A stretch of 63,834 nucleotides of DNA, filler included, from Chiloscyllium plagiosum (lineage: Eukaryota), in NCBI RefSeq assembly GCF_004010195.1. It is 5 parts of one record of this genome, joined end to end, with 100 filler letters (N's around TTAATTAATTAA, not from the genome) between each part and the next. Parts side by side here need not be neighbours in the genome. Positions count along the whole stretch, not along the records: positions 1 to 26,497 come from NC_057710.1; positions 26,598 to 39,551 come from NC_057710.1; 3 more parts are not named here. One strand, written 5' to 3'. How positions within the stretch are numbered: the first letter of the stretch is position 1; each line of letters begins with the position of its first letter. Shown piece after piece: positions 24,547 to 37,646 of this stretch. Below the pieces are notes generated by a model. It made no database searches. It was not told the origin of the DNA and saw only the letters and a list, made by a program, of their open reading frames with translations. The translations under genes were made by a program, and so were the position numbers.

Positions 24547-25974
24547 CTGAAGTAGTGAGAACTCATGTGGAAGAACAGAGAGTTAAAACAGCAGGATTCA
24601 CAGCTGAAGGGGCCAATGATTATGAGCTGGTCCATGAAACACGGTTTGGCTTCCAGAATCAATTTCAATCTCTGAGGGATAGAAATTGGGGCAAAGAGAA
24701 ATCCTCGCGTGGAAAGGGAAAGGTAGATCTCAGTGAAGATCATAAGGGCAACTTACCACAGAGTAAAAAGGAACTACCTGAAGGGGAAAGAGAAGTTAAA
24801 AAGCTCCAGTGTTTTCATTGCAATAAAGTGGCCACATAAAATCACAATGTTAGTGGCGAGGAGGAGCACTGGGAAGCCAGACGTGGGAAGGCAGGATAGG
24901 CCTGGGAGACCTGTTGGCATGGTAACAGAAAGCCCAGACAAGGCTAGAAAGCTGCACCAAAATGTCCAAGCTGGTCGGAGGTTGGTTAAGAAGGATATGC
25001 CAGATCTGCTTAAAACATACTCCCTGCAAAGGTAAAGTTTATTCACATGGGCTAGGAGTGGCAGGTAAAGAGGTTCCAATATTAAGGGACACATGATCCT
25101 CCCAATCTGTGATGCTGAAGGATGAGGAGATATGTCCTCCTGAAGGACTATTGCCAGAAGAGGTACTAGTGATGGGAATTCATGGTGAGAAAAAGTGTAA
25201 AGTGAGGTTAGAGTGTCCAGAGAAAAGTGGAGAATTTGTGGTAGGAGTATTGGACACACTCTCAGCTCCAGGATTACAATTTGTCCTTGCTCATGATATA
25301 ACTGACTGACCTGAAGGAGTGCTGCCTACTGTGGTTGAAAAGCCAGTGGAAACTCAGGCAACGGAAATAACAGAGCACACATCCTGGAATTTGTCCTGAC
25401 TGTGTAGTTACCAGTTGAAACAGGAGAGATCAAAAAGAACAGATAAGAAAGTTGAGGTGACATTAGCAGAGGCGGTGTTTGATCAGAATGTTGAGACAAA
25501 CCAGGAGCAGGTCAGGTATGAAGCAGGCATCTTTAACCAAGATGAATTAATGGAGTTGCAGTAGAAAGATGAAAATTTAAAACAGTCATATCAAAAGGTA
25601 TATAGAGTCAGAATCTAAACCTATCCCTGAGTATTATTAGCTTAAAAATGATGTCTTAATCAGGAACTGGAGGCCATCAAATATTCAGGCAGATGAGAAA
25701 TGGACAGAAATTCATCAAATTGTTTTGCCAGTGGGTTATACAAAGGAAGTGTTTTGGGTGGCACAGAGGTACCACTTGGAGGTCATTTAGGAGTGAGAAA
25801 AACACAGGCTAAAATACAAAGGCATTTTCACTGGCCTGGACCGCACAATGATGTAGTTGAATTTTGCCAGGCGTGTCATACATGTCAGCTAATCGGACAA
25901 CGACAGACAGTAATAAAACCTGCAGCTTTAATACCTATTCCAGCATTTGAGGAACCTTTCACAACCTTTATACA

Positions 25975-26497
25975 GCAGAGAGTGGTGGGAGCTGGGCGGC
26001 AGTGAAGTCGGAGCGCAAAGCCGGTCGGGAAGGTAAGTGATTGTTATTTGAGTAGGTGTGGTCTAGGCCTCAGGTCCTACACAGTAGGGCCTCCTCTAAC
26101 CTAAATTAAAAGTCCACAGACTTGCAACAAAACATGGGGGTCGAGGGAAGTGTCTGTTGAGAAAAGAGTGAGGATTTAGCTCAGGAGTCTTCGACAAGGA
26201 GGTTGAGAGAAGTGATTAGGCCACAGTTGAAGAGGGTGAAGACATGACTGCCATGCTGGTTCAGTGTGCTACGTGCTTGATGTGGGAGGTCAGGGACTCT
26301 GGTGTAGCTGGCTCGTATAACTGTGGAAAGTGTGTACACGTTCAGCTACTGACAGAGCATATTGCAGCACTGAAGAAAGAACGAGATGACCTCAGGCTCA
26401 TCCGAGAGAATGAGATCTTTCTGGACAAGACCTTCAGTGAGGTTATTACACCGACCATACCAGAAGAGAGCAGAAGAGAGCAGACAATGAGGAAGGC
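25975..26497 (+). mobile_element. CR1 5' end: 5' UTR and ORF1 zinc finger/coiled coil
   Basis: VQCATCLMWEV...YNCGKCVHVQLL...LRLIRENE; homologous to 43702-43890 on the minus strand. Confidence 0.8.
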
Positions 26498-26597
26498 NNN
26501 NNNNNNNNNNNNNNNNNNNNNNNNNNNNNNNNNNNNNNNNNTTAATTAATTAANNNNNNNNNNNNNNNNNNNNNNNNNNNNNNNNNNNNNNNNNNNN
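26498..26597. other. Artificial 100 nt contig linker N44-TTAATTAATTAA-N44 (also at 39552-39651, 51408-51507, 61621-61720)
   Basis: Identical 12-mer centred in equal N runs at four sites; gives stop codons in all six frames. Confidence 0.95.
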
Positions 26598-27663
26598 TTC
26601 AGTGTTACAAGTCAGATGTGGAGAAAAGAGTGCTCCAGTGTATGGGCGCTCTATTGGTTAATACTCTGTATCATTTACAGAAAAGACGTACTTTAGGAGC
26701 GATGGCGAGACTCTGTAGGTCTTGGAATTGGGAACTAGGAGAGGATATTTCATTTGAAAAATGGGAAGATATATGGGAAAATATAAAGAAAATTTCAATG
26801 TGTAACACAGCGTTCATATGGCGCCAGAGAGGCTAGCTAAGTTCAACACAGGAGTGTCACCAGGATGTCCCAAATGTACAATTAGTGTAAGCACTCTTAC
26901 ACACTGCTATTCGTCATGTTGTAATATCCAGAGATACTGGAGTGCTGTAGTAAGGGAGTTGAAGGACACGGTGGGGATTGAAGTTAAAGTGGATCCGGTA
27001 TTTCTTCTTCTGGGGTTGCCAAATTTGCCCTCTCTGGGGGAATATACGAAGATACTGCGTGACATTCTTACCCACTGTGCGAGGGAGAACATTTTAATGA
27101 ATTGGATGTTGGAAAAACCCCTAGGTCTTATGGTGTGTTGCAGGCTAGTGATGGAACATCCCCCCTAAGACTACCTCAAAATATGGTGCACCACAAAATG
27201 GAACAGTTTCACAAGACCTGGCAGCCCTTTCTTAATTAAATTGATGCATAATTATGGGCAACATCAATTAGGGCCGAGATATAGCCGTGGGAATCCTTTT
27301 GGGTGCCTGTGGGGCCCTGGGAGGGGGAAGCTGGAGGGAAAAAGTAATACGGGTACAATGATTGGTGCTTCCAGGGGTGGGAGCTTGAGTGGAGGTGTGG
27401 TGAGTGAAATAGAATAACGTAATGTGATATAATTTAAGATAATTTGAATTTAGTTTAATTTAATTTTTATTTAATTTTATTGTAGTTTGTTTCAGTTAAG
27501 TAGATATGTTTGTTCTGGGAGATAGAAGGTATCATTAAAAGTATGGTGATATGACATTGTTGTACTACCTCTACCTTTTTGTATTTTGGTATTGTTTTTC
27601 ATATATAGTTGTTTTGTAAAAGATTTGAAAAAAAGGTTTTAGTAAAAATATTTATAAAAAAAT
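26598..27663 (+). mobile_element. L1-clade LINE 3' fragment (ORF2 C-terminal zinc-binding region, AT-rich UTR, A-rich end)
   Basis: WNWELG...W..IW and PERL...SPGCPKC......LTHCYSSC..IQRYW. Confidence 0.8.
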
Positions 27664-27669
27664 AAGTCA

Positions 27670-28880
27670 ATTCCTGCAATAAGGAGAGATGATATCTGGG
27701 AAGGATCCTTAAATGAGGCTTTGTGGGTAGAATTTCGGAATGTTAAAGGGGCAGCCTCTTTACTGGGAATGTATTATAAGCCCCCAAAGAGTCAGCAGGA
27801 AATAGAGGAGCAAATATGTCGACAGTTCACAGAGGGGTGTAGGAGTAACAATCGGGTCAGTACACTCAGGGATTTCAACTTGCCCAAAATAAACTGGGAC
27901 AGTCATAGTGTTAGGGTTTAGAGGGGATGGATTTCTTGAAATGCATCCAGGGAGTTTTCTTTGTATCAATAAGTAGAAGCCCAACAAGGGACAGCACAGT
28001 GCGGGATCTGCTTCTGGGTAAAGAAGCCAGACAAGTGTGAGCTGTGGCAGACGGGGGACCATTTAGGCAACAGTGACCACAGCACAGTACTGTTCAAATT
28101 GGTTCTGGACAAGGAAAAAGATGGTCTGTAAAAGGTGGCTATGGTTTGGGAAGGCAGATGTTATTAAAACAAAGCTGAACCTGGCCACAATAAACTGGGA
28201 ACAGCTCCTTGTGGATAAGTCTACAACAGAGCAATGGGGGGGGGGGCATTCAGAAAGCAGCTGGTGAGTGTACTGGTCCAACATGTCCCCTTTAGGGGGA
28301 ATGGAGGAGCAATATTACTACCTCAATGGAATCAATTTATGTAAAGGGGCAGTACAGAGAGATCTGGGTGTTCTTGTAGTGAAGAAGGCTAATAGCATGC
28401 TGGCCTTCATAACAAGAGGAATTGAGCATAGAAGCAAAGAGGGCATGTACAGGGCCCTGGTGAGACCACACCTGGAGTACTGTGTGCAGTTCTGGTCTCC
28501 AAATTTGAGAAAAGACATTCTGGCTATTGAGGGAATGCAGCGTAGATTCACGAGGTCAATTCCTGGAATGGCAGGATTACCTTACACTGAAAGACTGAAG
28601 CGACTGGGCTTGTATACCCTTGAGTTTCGAAGATTGAGAGGGGATCTGATTGAGACATATAAGATTATGAAAGGATTGGACACTCTGACAGTAGGAAACA
28701 TATTTCCACTGATGGGCGAGTGCCGAACCAGAGGACACAGCTTAAAAATAAGGGGTAGACCATTTAGGACAGAGCTCAGGAGAAACTTCTTCACCCAGAG
28801 AGTAGTGGCTGTATGGAATTGTCTGCCACAGGGGGCAGTGGAGGCCCACTCTCTGGATTAATTTAAGAAAGAGTTGGCAG
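27670..28880 (+). mobile_element. Two fused CR1 ORF2 fragments (APE, then RT C-terminus)
   Basis: YYKPP...[22 protein letters not shown]...FFTQRVVAVWN. Confidence 0.85.
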
Positions 28881-28971
28881 AGAACCCTGGGTGTCGAGGA
28901 TAATGCAGGAGTGGATAACAAAGTCGGGCTTTTAGCAAATCGAATGGGAGTAATTCCACTGTGGCCTGAGA

Positions 28972-30500
28972 AGAATAAGACCATAAGACAAAGGAGCAGA
29001 AATTAGGCTATTCAGCCCATTGAGTCTGCTCCACCACTCAATCATGGCTGGTAAATTTCTCAACCCCATTCTCCCACTTTCTCCCCATAAATCTCGATCC
29101 CCTTGATACTCAAGAACCTATCTATCTCTGTCTAAAAATATACTCAATGACCTGGCCTCCACAGCCTTCTGTGGTAGTGAATTCCATCGATTCCCCACTC
29201 TCTGGCTAAAGAAGTTTCTCCTTATCTCCGTTCTAAAAGGTCTTCCCTTTACTCTAAGTCTTTGCATTTGAGTCCTGGTCTCTCTTGCCCAATGGAAACA
29301 TCTTCCCAACATTTACAATGTCCAGGCCATTCAATATTCTTCATGTTTCAATTAAATCCCCCCTCATCCTTCTAAATCCCATCGAATAAAGACCTAGAGT
29401 TCTCAAACATTTCTCATATGTTAAGCTTTTCATTCCTGGGACCATTCACATGAATCTCCAGGGCCAGTACATCCTTCCTGAGATATAGGGCCCAAAACTG
29501 CACACAATACTCCATTGTAGTCTGACCAGAGCCTTATAGAGCCTCAGAAGTACATCCCTGCTTTTATATTCAAGTCCTTTCAAAATAAATGCCATCATTG
29601 CATTTGCCTTCCTATCTACTGACTCAATCTACAAGTTTATGTTGAGAGAATCCTGGATTCAAACTCCCAAGTCCCTTTGCACTTCAGTCTTCTGAATGTT
29701 TTCCCCATTTAGAAAACAGTCCATGCCTCTATTCTTCTTACCAAACTGCATGACCTCCCATTTTCCCATGTTGTATTCCATCTGCCACTTTTCCCACTCT
29801 CCTAACCTGTCCAAATCCTTCTGCAACCTCCCCACCTCCTCAATGCTACCTGTCCCTCTACTTATCTTTGTACCATCTGCAAACTTAGCCAGAATGCCCA
29901 CAGTTTCTTCACATAGACCGTTAATGTATAAAGTGAAAAGTTCTGGTCCCAACACTGAGCCTTGTGGAACACCACTTGTCACAAGCTGCCACCCTTTTAT
30001 CCCACTCTCTGCTTTCTGCCAGACAGCCAGGCTTCTATCTATGCTAGCATCTTGCCTCTGTCACCATGGGCCCTTACCTTACTCAGCAACCTCCTGTGGT
30101 GCACCTTGTCAAAGGCCTTCTTGAAGCCCAGGTAGATAACATCCATTGTCCCCCCTTGGTCTAACCTCCTTGTTACTTCCTCAAAGAATTCTAGCAGATT
30201 TGTCAGGCATGACCTCCCCTTGATAAACCATGCTAACTTTGCCCTATTTTACCATGCACATCCAAGTATTCAGAAATCTCATCCTTCACAATGGATTCCA
30301 GGATCTTACCCATGACCGAGTTTAAGCTAATCAGTCTGTAATTTTCTGTCTTTTGCCTTACTTCCTTTTTAAATAGAGGTGTCACATTAGCAATTTTCCA
30401 ATCCTCTGGGACCCTCCCTGATTCTAGTGATTCCTGAAAGATCACCACAAACGCCTCCACTATCTCTTCAGCTATCTCCCTTAGAACTCTGGGGTGTCAT
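28972..30500 (-). mobile_element. CR1 RT and 3' end
   Basis: [34 protein letters not shown]. Confidence 0.9.
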
Positions 30501-31720
30501 CCAGCACAGGAAGTGCAGGACAGAACTTAAGAAAACAATTAGAAGAGCAAAAAGGGAGTATTGAAAAGGACTAGGATGATTCATAGGATACATTATGAAT
30601 ACATTAAAGGGAAGAGGTTAACCAGGGAAAGAGTAGGGCCCATTGGGGACCAAGGGAACAATGTGTGTGTGTGCAGCTGCAGAATATTGGGAGGATGTTG
30701 AATAAATATTCCTCTTCTATCTTCACTCTGGAAAAGGAGAACATGTGTATGAAAGTCAGAATAAGGGACTGTGAGGAATTTACACACTTTGACATAGTAG
30801 GTGGAGCTGTGTTGGAGGTTCTGTCAGGCTTAAAAGCAGTCATATCCCCTGACCCGGTGGAATTGTATCCCAGGCTGCTATGGGAGGGGAGGCAGGACAT
30901 TTCAGGGGCTCTGACACAATTTTTTAATTCCCCTCTGGCCAGAGGAGTGGAGGATGGCTACTGTGGTTCCACTTTTCAAGAGGAGTGGTGGAGATGAGCC
31001 AGGAAATTACAGACCGGTGAGTCTCACATCCTTGGTGGGGAAACTATTGGAGAAACTTCTGAAGGACAGAATTAATGCTTACTTAGAAAGGATTGGGTTA
31101 ATTAGGAATAGCTCGCACAGATTTGTCAGAGGAAGGTCATGCCTAACAAATTTGTGAGAATATTTTGAAAATGTGATCAGGTGTGTGGATGACGGGGGAG
31201 TTCAGATGGTGGAGTTTATATGGATCTGAGCAAAGCTTTTGACAAGATCCCAGATGGGAGACTGATTGAGATGGTTAAACACATGGAATTGTGGGAAACC
31301 TGGTGAGATGAATCAGAAACTGGCTCAGAAATAGGACACAAAGGGTAGTGGTAAGCGGCTGTTTGAGTGACTGGAGGCCGGTGTCCAGCGATGTACCACA
31401 AGGATCAGTACTGGGACCCTTATTGTTAATTATATATGTAAATGATATGGATGAAAATGTGGGGGGAATGTTCAGCAAAGTTGTACACACCACCAAGCTT
31501 GGTAGAGTGGTTCGTAGCGAAGAAGATGGTTGTAGGTTACAGGAAAATGTGGATGGGTTGGTCAGATGGGCAGAGCAATGCCTGATGGTATTGAACCCCG
31601 ATAAATACCTGGTGATACACTTTGGAAGAAGAAACAAGATGAGGGAATATTTAATGAATAGCAGGACACTGGGAAGAGTAGAGGAACAGAGGGATCTTGG
31701 AGTAATTATTGACAGACCAG
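30500..31720 (+). mobile_element. CR1 RT fragment
   Basis: [32 protein letters not shown]. Confidence 0.9.
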
Positions 31721-32246
31721 AATTGCTAGCAATATTCCAACAGTGGNNNNNNNNNNNNNNNNNNNNNNNNNNNNNNNNNNNNNNNNNNNNNNNNNNNNNN
31801 NNNNNNNNNNNNNNNNNNNNNNNNNNNNNNNNNNNNNNNNNNNNNNNNNNNNNNNNNNNNNNNNNNNNNNNNNNNNNNNNNNNNNNNNNNNNNNNNNNNN
31901 NNNNNNNNNNNNNNNNNNNNNNNNNNNNNNNNNNNNNNNNNNNNNNNNNNNNNNNNNNNNNNNNNNNNNNNNNNNNNNNNNNNNNNNNNNNNNNNNNNNN
32001 NNNNNNNNNNNNNNNNNNNNNNNNNNNNNNNNNNNNNNNNNNNNNNNNNNNNNNNNNNNNNNNNNNNNNNNNNNNNNNNNNNNNNNNNNNNNNNNNNNNN
32101 NNNNNNNNNNNNNNNNNNNNNNNNNNNNNNNNNNNNNNNNNNNNNNNNNNNNNNNNNNNNNNNNNNNNNNNNNNNNNNNNNNNNNNNNNNNNNNNNNNNN
32201 NNNNNNNNNNNNNNNNNNNNNNNNNNNNNNNNNNNNNNNNNNNNNN

Positions 32247-33010
32247 GACTTTCCCCCCTTCCTATAACTGCCATCCATCACATACTGTTGCTGTTGCAAA
32301 TTCCTCATCGCTTCTACCTGTCTCTTCAACCGATCCACTCGATCTGATAAGATTCACAACCAACAGCATTTATGGCAGATATAATCCACAGTAACTCTTA
32401 CAGCATTTATGGCAGATATAATCCACAGTAACTCTTAACCTCTCTTTAAACTCCCACATCTGACAAGAAGTACGTACCACTGTGCTAAAGGCCATTTTTG
32501 CTGCTTCACAATCTACAGACCCATAAAATAACACCGTCTTATTCCTCTACAAAACACTGCCCCAGGTTAAGTTAATAGTTTTGGCTTATATTTTAAGTTT
32601 CATCAAGAGACTTATCTGCAAAAACATATAATTGAACTTCACCCAACAGTTCCTCCAAGATTAGTTGTGAATTTCACTGTTTGTTAATTTTCCCAGACGC
32701 ACTCCGATGTCCAGCGATACACGAATTCAAACAGCAAAGGCAGTAACTGTGCAGGTTCTCTCTCTCTCTCTCTCTGTCTCCTGCACTGACCTCACCATGT
32801 GCTTCCTTCCTCTGCTCTTCTCCCTTTTAAAACTGCTGTTGTTTTTGACTTTTTTTTTCCAAAGTTGCAAAACAATGCAACAGCATATAAAACAGTAATT
32901 GCTGCTCCTGGAATTCGAGGAAATCACATCCAGCACCTAAAATACCTCAATAAAGGAGCAGCTGGTACAGCCAGAAATTGTTCCCATCCTCCATCTTGGA
33001 TTACCCAGAA
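32247..33010 (-). mobile_element. Probable CR1 5' UTR and ORF1 start
   Basis: Cys-pair/coiled-coil ORF1-like remnant (MDRLKRQVEAMRNLQ); contains a 37 bp tandem duplication at 32364-32437. Confidence 0.5.
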
Positions 33011-33154
33011 TATTTAATGTTTTATATATTTAGATATATGGTAAGAAGTTAAGGTGAACTTAGATTAAACTTATCTGTATGTTGTGATAATGTGTTTAAA
33101 GAATAGGAACACCTTTTCATTTTGATGGTTCATTTTTTTCTCAGGGGGGGGCGG

Positions 33155-33856
33155 TGTTATGAAGATGTAATGGGTACTGTACCTTTAAGAAAGTTGAAAG
33201 CGAACAAGGACTTAGAGAAGCGTACAAGTGCTGGAGAATTTACAATGTAACTTTTGGTTTAGAACATCGGGCACTAGCTGGGTTGCCTGGAGACAAAAAC
33301 AAATTCAAATTTGGCCAATCAATTTAAATTATACCCCAAAATACCAACCTCCAATCAAGTTTGAATTTAGGATATTGGCTACATTAAAAACCAATGAAAT
33401 GTTCCCAAGCTTTGGGGTATAAGACCTTGGAAAATTGAACAGTTGGGGAGGAGAACGGCTAATCCACCATTATGTACAGACTGCCCGAAATACAGCTCTC
33501 TTAAAGTGTCCTTTCTCTATCAATGACCTGTGAAACATAAATCCCTCAGCAGAAGAAACTCCACAGAGGAAGATCCAATAAACTGCCTGGTTTAGACATT
33601 TGAATTTTTGGTAAATCTTAATCGAGGGTTTTATCGGACTATTATTGTAGAAGGGAAAGTAAAAGATAGGTACTGTAGAAGACATTGTAAATAGTTGTTA
33701 GTTAATTATCCTCTGTTCTACTTTGAGAAATAAAGTTGTTACTTTTTACTTTCAGTATTCTTGGCCTCTCAAATTTTCACAGATTACAGCATGGGGTGAA
33801 CCTTTTCTGTGTGTTGGGCTTAAATTAGCAGAGGGGTTTATCCCGTGTCGGTAACA
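33155..33856 (+). mobile_element. Gypsy 3' LTR preceded by a polypurine tract
   Basis: G-rich tract then TGTTA...TAACA; internal TATAA and AATAAA; 3' end similar to about 52010-52091. Confidence 0.75.
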
Positions 33857-33859
33857 CTA

Positions 33860-35330
33860 TTCTTTTAACCTGTCATGCTACCTTCAGGGATCTGTAGACA
33901 AGCAAATTTACTTAGCATCTGATTTCCATTATTTATGAATATCACAAACAATAAGGGACCCCACACCGATCCCCGTGGTAGAGTGCTGCACATTGGGCTC
34001 CAGTCACACAAACAGCATTCTATCACCACCCTCTAGCTCCTGTCACTAGGACAATTTTGGATCCATCTTGCCCTGGATCCCACATGCTTTTGCCTTCTTT
34101 ATCAGTTTCCCATGTGGGTTCTTGTCAAAGACCTTGCTGACATCCATATGAACTGCATCAACTTAGGGTGGCATGGTGGCTCAGTGGTTAGAACCTGCTG
34201 CCTCACTGTGCCAGGAACCTGGATTTGATTCCAGCTTCACAGTTGACTGTCAGTGTGGAGTTTGCATGTTCTCCCTGTCTCTGTGTGGGTTTTCTCCAGG
34301 TCCTCTGATTTACTCCCACGATTTGAAGATGATCAGGTTAGGTGAATTATCCATAGTGCTCAGGGATGTGTAGGTCAGGTGCATGAGTTCTAGAGAAGAG
34401 GACTGGGTCTGGGTGGAATACTCTTTGGAGGGTTGATGTGGATTAAGTTGAGCCAAATGGTCTGTATCCATAGTGTAGGAATTCTGTGATAAACTGCCTT
34501 ACTCTCATCTACATACTGGATCACCTCTTCAAAAAATTCCAGCAGATCCCTTAGACATGACCTCCCTCTGACAAAGCCATGCTGACTAACCCTGATCAAA
34601 CCTTTTCTCTGAAAATGGAGATTATTTCCCCATCGCTGATCTGAGACTCACTGATTTATAGTTCCCTGGACTATCTATACCATGCTTCTTTAATTTTCTA
34701 ATTTCTTTTCCTCAACAATTCTTTCTTAAGAATCTGTACTTAGGTACATTTGTATCTCGGATGGCACTGTAACAACGTGCACCTTATAAATGTTTATGTG
34801 ACAAGAAAGCTAATTCAATTCAATGCAGTTCTGGTGAAGTGGAACCACACTGGCTGTTCTCCAGTCCTCTGGCACCTTCCTGAGGCCAGAGACTGTATAA
34901 AGATTTGAGTCAGGGCCCCTGTAATTTCCTCCTTTGGCTCCCTGTGCAGCCTGGGATACTATTCAGACCTGGGGATTTGTCCACTTTAAATTCTGCAAAA
35001 CATCCAATAACTCCTCACTCTCTGTGTCGATCTGCTCAAGAACTTCACAGTCCATCTTCTTGAATTCTGTACTTGCATCTTCCTTCGCCCAAGTAAAGAC
35101 AGATGTGAAGTGCTCATTTAACATTCTCCCAGTGTCCTCTGGCTTCACACACAGATTGCCCCTTGGTCACTAATGGGCCATGTTTTTTTCCCTAGTTATT
35201 CGTTTCCCCTTGATATAAACATAGAATATTTTGGGATTCTCTTTAAGCTTGCCTGCCAGCATTTTCTCATGCCCCCTTTTTGCCCCCAATTGCTTTCTTA
35301 TGTTACCATCTGCTGTTTCTCTCTTCCATT
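33860..35330 (-). mobile_element. Old CR1 RT fragments with a plus-strand HE1 SINE at about 34165-34490
   Basis: QHGFVRGRSCL and LNEHFTSVFT; SINE A box tggctcagtgg. Confidence 0.75.
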
Positions 35331-35417
35331 CAGATCTCCTTTGTTTCATTCCCTGTACACCTGTTTTCCAATGCATTGCAGAAATTCACCAAAGATCCTC
35401 AGACAACACCTTCCAAA

Positions 35418-36046
35418 TGTTTTGGACCAGACCAAATCCCCCCAAATTATAATCAAAAGATAGTTTCGAGCTAACTTTCTCTTATTTTAAAGGCAAGTTC
35501 CAGGCATTGCTTTCTGGATACAATTCAATTGGTTAAACTACCAGATTGAAGCAAAACACATTTTATTCATACATTACAGTTAACTACAACAACAGAAAGA
35601 AGAAATTAGAATAACACAATTCTACTGGAAAACTCAACAGAATAATAGATTACTTAACTACTGACCAGTCATAGTTTCAATATCCCACAAACACACACTT
35701 GGCAAAAGGCAAATTCAGTAAAACAGATTGTCTCAGGCAATTGTAGCAGCAGGAAGAGAACGCCCAGTTTTTAGCTGTAACAGAGAGGCAAGAACAGCTT
35801 CCACACCCAACTTCAAGACTCTAGCAACTGCTATTGAAACTAAAACTAAAAATCCTGGTTCTTTGGGAGCTTGACCCCATCCCTTCAGACTGCTTCTATT
35901 GTACCAACTCTTTTAGAAAAACCTAATGCACCACAATTCTGTTTACCTCATGAACTTTGAAACAGATTGCTCAGCACCTTTGATCTCAATCTTTCCTTAT
36001 GATAAAAAGGACAAAATACACCTCTTAAAGTCATGGCATCATCACA
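35418..36046 (-). mobile_element. Solo LTR
   Basis: TG...CA ends with perfect 4 bp TSD caaa (35414-35417, 36047-36050); a partial relative lies at about 56727-57060. Confidence 0.8.
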
Positions 36047-36579
36047 CAAACCCACAACCACTTCCATCTAGAAGGACAAGGGCAGCAGATACATGGGAAC
36101 ACCACACCTTTCAAGTTCTCCTCCGAGACACTCACCATCCTGAGTTGGAAATATATCGCCATTCCTTCACTGTCAATGGGTCAAAATCCTAAGAGCATTG
36201 TGGGTCTCCCTACAACACATGGACTGCAGCAATTAAAGAAGGCAGCTCATCACCATCTTCTCAAGGGCAACAAAGATGGTTAATCCTTTCCCTTCGTCTT
36301 TAACTTGTTAATCAAACTTAGAGCTCAGAGCACCCTGCTGAGATGATTGCAGCTTTGCCCAACATTTGATTATGGAGAAATATCAGCTTCAGAGAAACAA
36401 TCAGAACAATTTTAAAAAACTCATCGTAGATGTCCTGCCAATCAGCAGATTTTTCCTAAACATTCAATAACAGTTTTAGTTTATTTTCCTTACAATTTTA
36501 AACAGGAAGAGTTCAAACAAAACTTCATATTTAAGCAGATCTTATCTTGCCTTCACAAGCACACACATCTACATCAACA

Positions 36580-37290
36580 AAGAGACCAAGGCGTGCAGGT
36601 GCAGAGCTCCTTGAAAGTGGAGTCACAGATAGACAGGGTGGTGAAGAACGCATCAAGCATGCTTGCTTTCATTGGTCAGTGCATTGCTTGTAGGAGTTGG
36701 AATGTCATGTTGTGGCTATGCAGGACATTAGTGATGCCACTCTTAGAATATGGTATTTAATTCTGGTCTCCCTTCTATTGGAAGGATGTTGTTAAACTTG
36801 AAAGGGTTCAGAAAAGACTTACAAGGATAATGCTGAAACGAGAGGGTTCGACTTATAGTGAGAGGCTGAATAGGCTGGGGTTATTTTATCTGCAGCATTG
36901 GAGACTGAGGTGAACTTATCGAGGTTTGTAAAATCATGAGTGGCATGGATACAGTGAATAGCCAAGGTTGTTTACCCAGGGTAGAGGAGTCCTAAACTAA
37001 AGGACATAGGTTTAAGCTGAGAGGAGAAAGATTTCAAAGAGACCTAAGGGGCAGCTTTTTCACACAGAGGGTGGTGCATGTGTGGAATGAGCTGCCAGAG
37101 GAAGTGGTGGAGGCTGGTACAATTACAACATTTAAAAGGCATCTGGATGGATATATGAATATAAAGGGTTTAGAGGGATATGGGCCTAATGCTGGCAAAT
37201 GGGACTAGATTAGTATAGGATATCTGGTTGGCCAGATGAGTTGGACCGAAGGATCTGTTTCTGAGCTGTATAACTCTATGACTCTAATTA
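36580..37290 (+). mobile_element. CR1 3' fragment
   Basis: Collinear with 23400-24050 and 55770-56450; actctatg tail. Confidence 0.9.
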
Positions 37291-37646
37291 GTGACTTTCA
37301 CTTTGCAAATTAAAGAACAAAGACCAGTTCAGCGCAGGGATAGATCCTTTGGCCCACAAAGCCCTTTAACCAGTGAAAACAGAATCTGTTTGAATGCAGC
37401 ACAAATTTCAAATGATTCTGCTAAGCTTGTGTCTCTTTTCTGTGTAATTCACGCCCACTCCTCTCTCCTACCAGTACAAAGTGGATCTACTGGAAATGGG
37501 ATATGATTTCCACATGGGAAGTTGATGTTAGTGAACTCCAATCAGAATTTCTCGCTGGAATAATCTGGAAGATTGCAATAGATCGGGATGGGGCAGCTGG
37601 TTAAATTGAATTGATGCAATCATACTGTCAATGTCAGATTAATTAC

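Larger units (their letters stand above)
21411..25965 (+). mobile_element. Decayed Gmr1-like Gypsy element (LTR, gag, protease remnant, integrase N-terminus) with nested SINE and CR1 insertions
   Basis: LTR end ...ggtccagaaca (21838); gag collinear with 3635-5855; GGHLGVRKTQAKIQRHFHWPG...CQACHTCQ integrase zinc-binding region. The LTR start is uncertain. Confidence 0.85.

Noticed and set aside
26542..26553. TTAATTAATTAA as a biological palindrome or piggyBac site
   Set aside because: Always centred in fixed N runs; it is an assembly linker.
32364..32437. 37 bp direct repeat as an array
   Set aside because: Only two abutting copies inside a decayed element; simple slippage.
21411..33856. One full-length provirus from the 21411 LTR to the 33155 LTR
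   Set aside because: The two LTRs do not match in sequence, and a linker and gaps intervene.
37520..37600. LPHPDLLQ as the next ADAM prodomain exon
   Set aside because: In-frame stop after about 22 codons and an intron of only about 50 nt.
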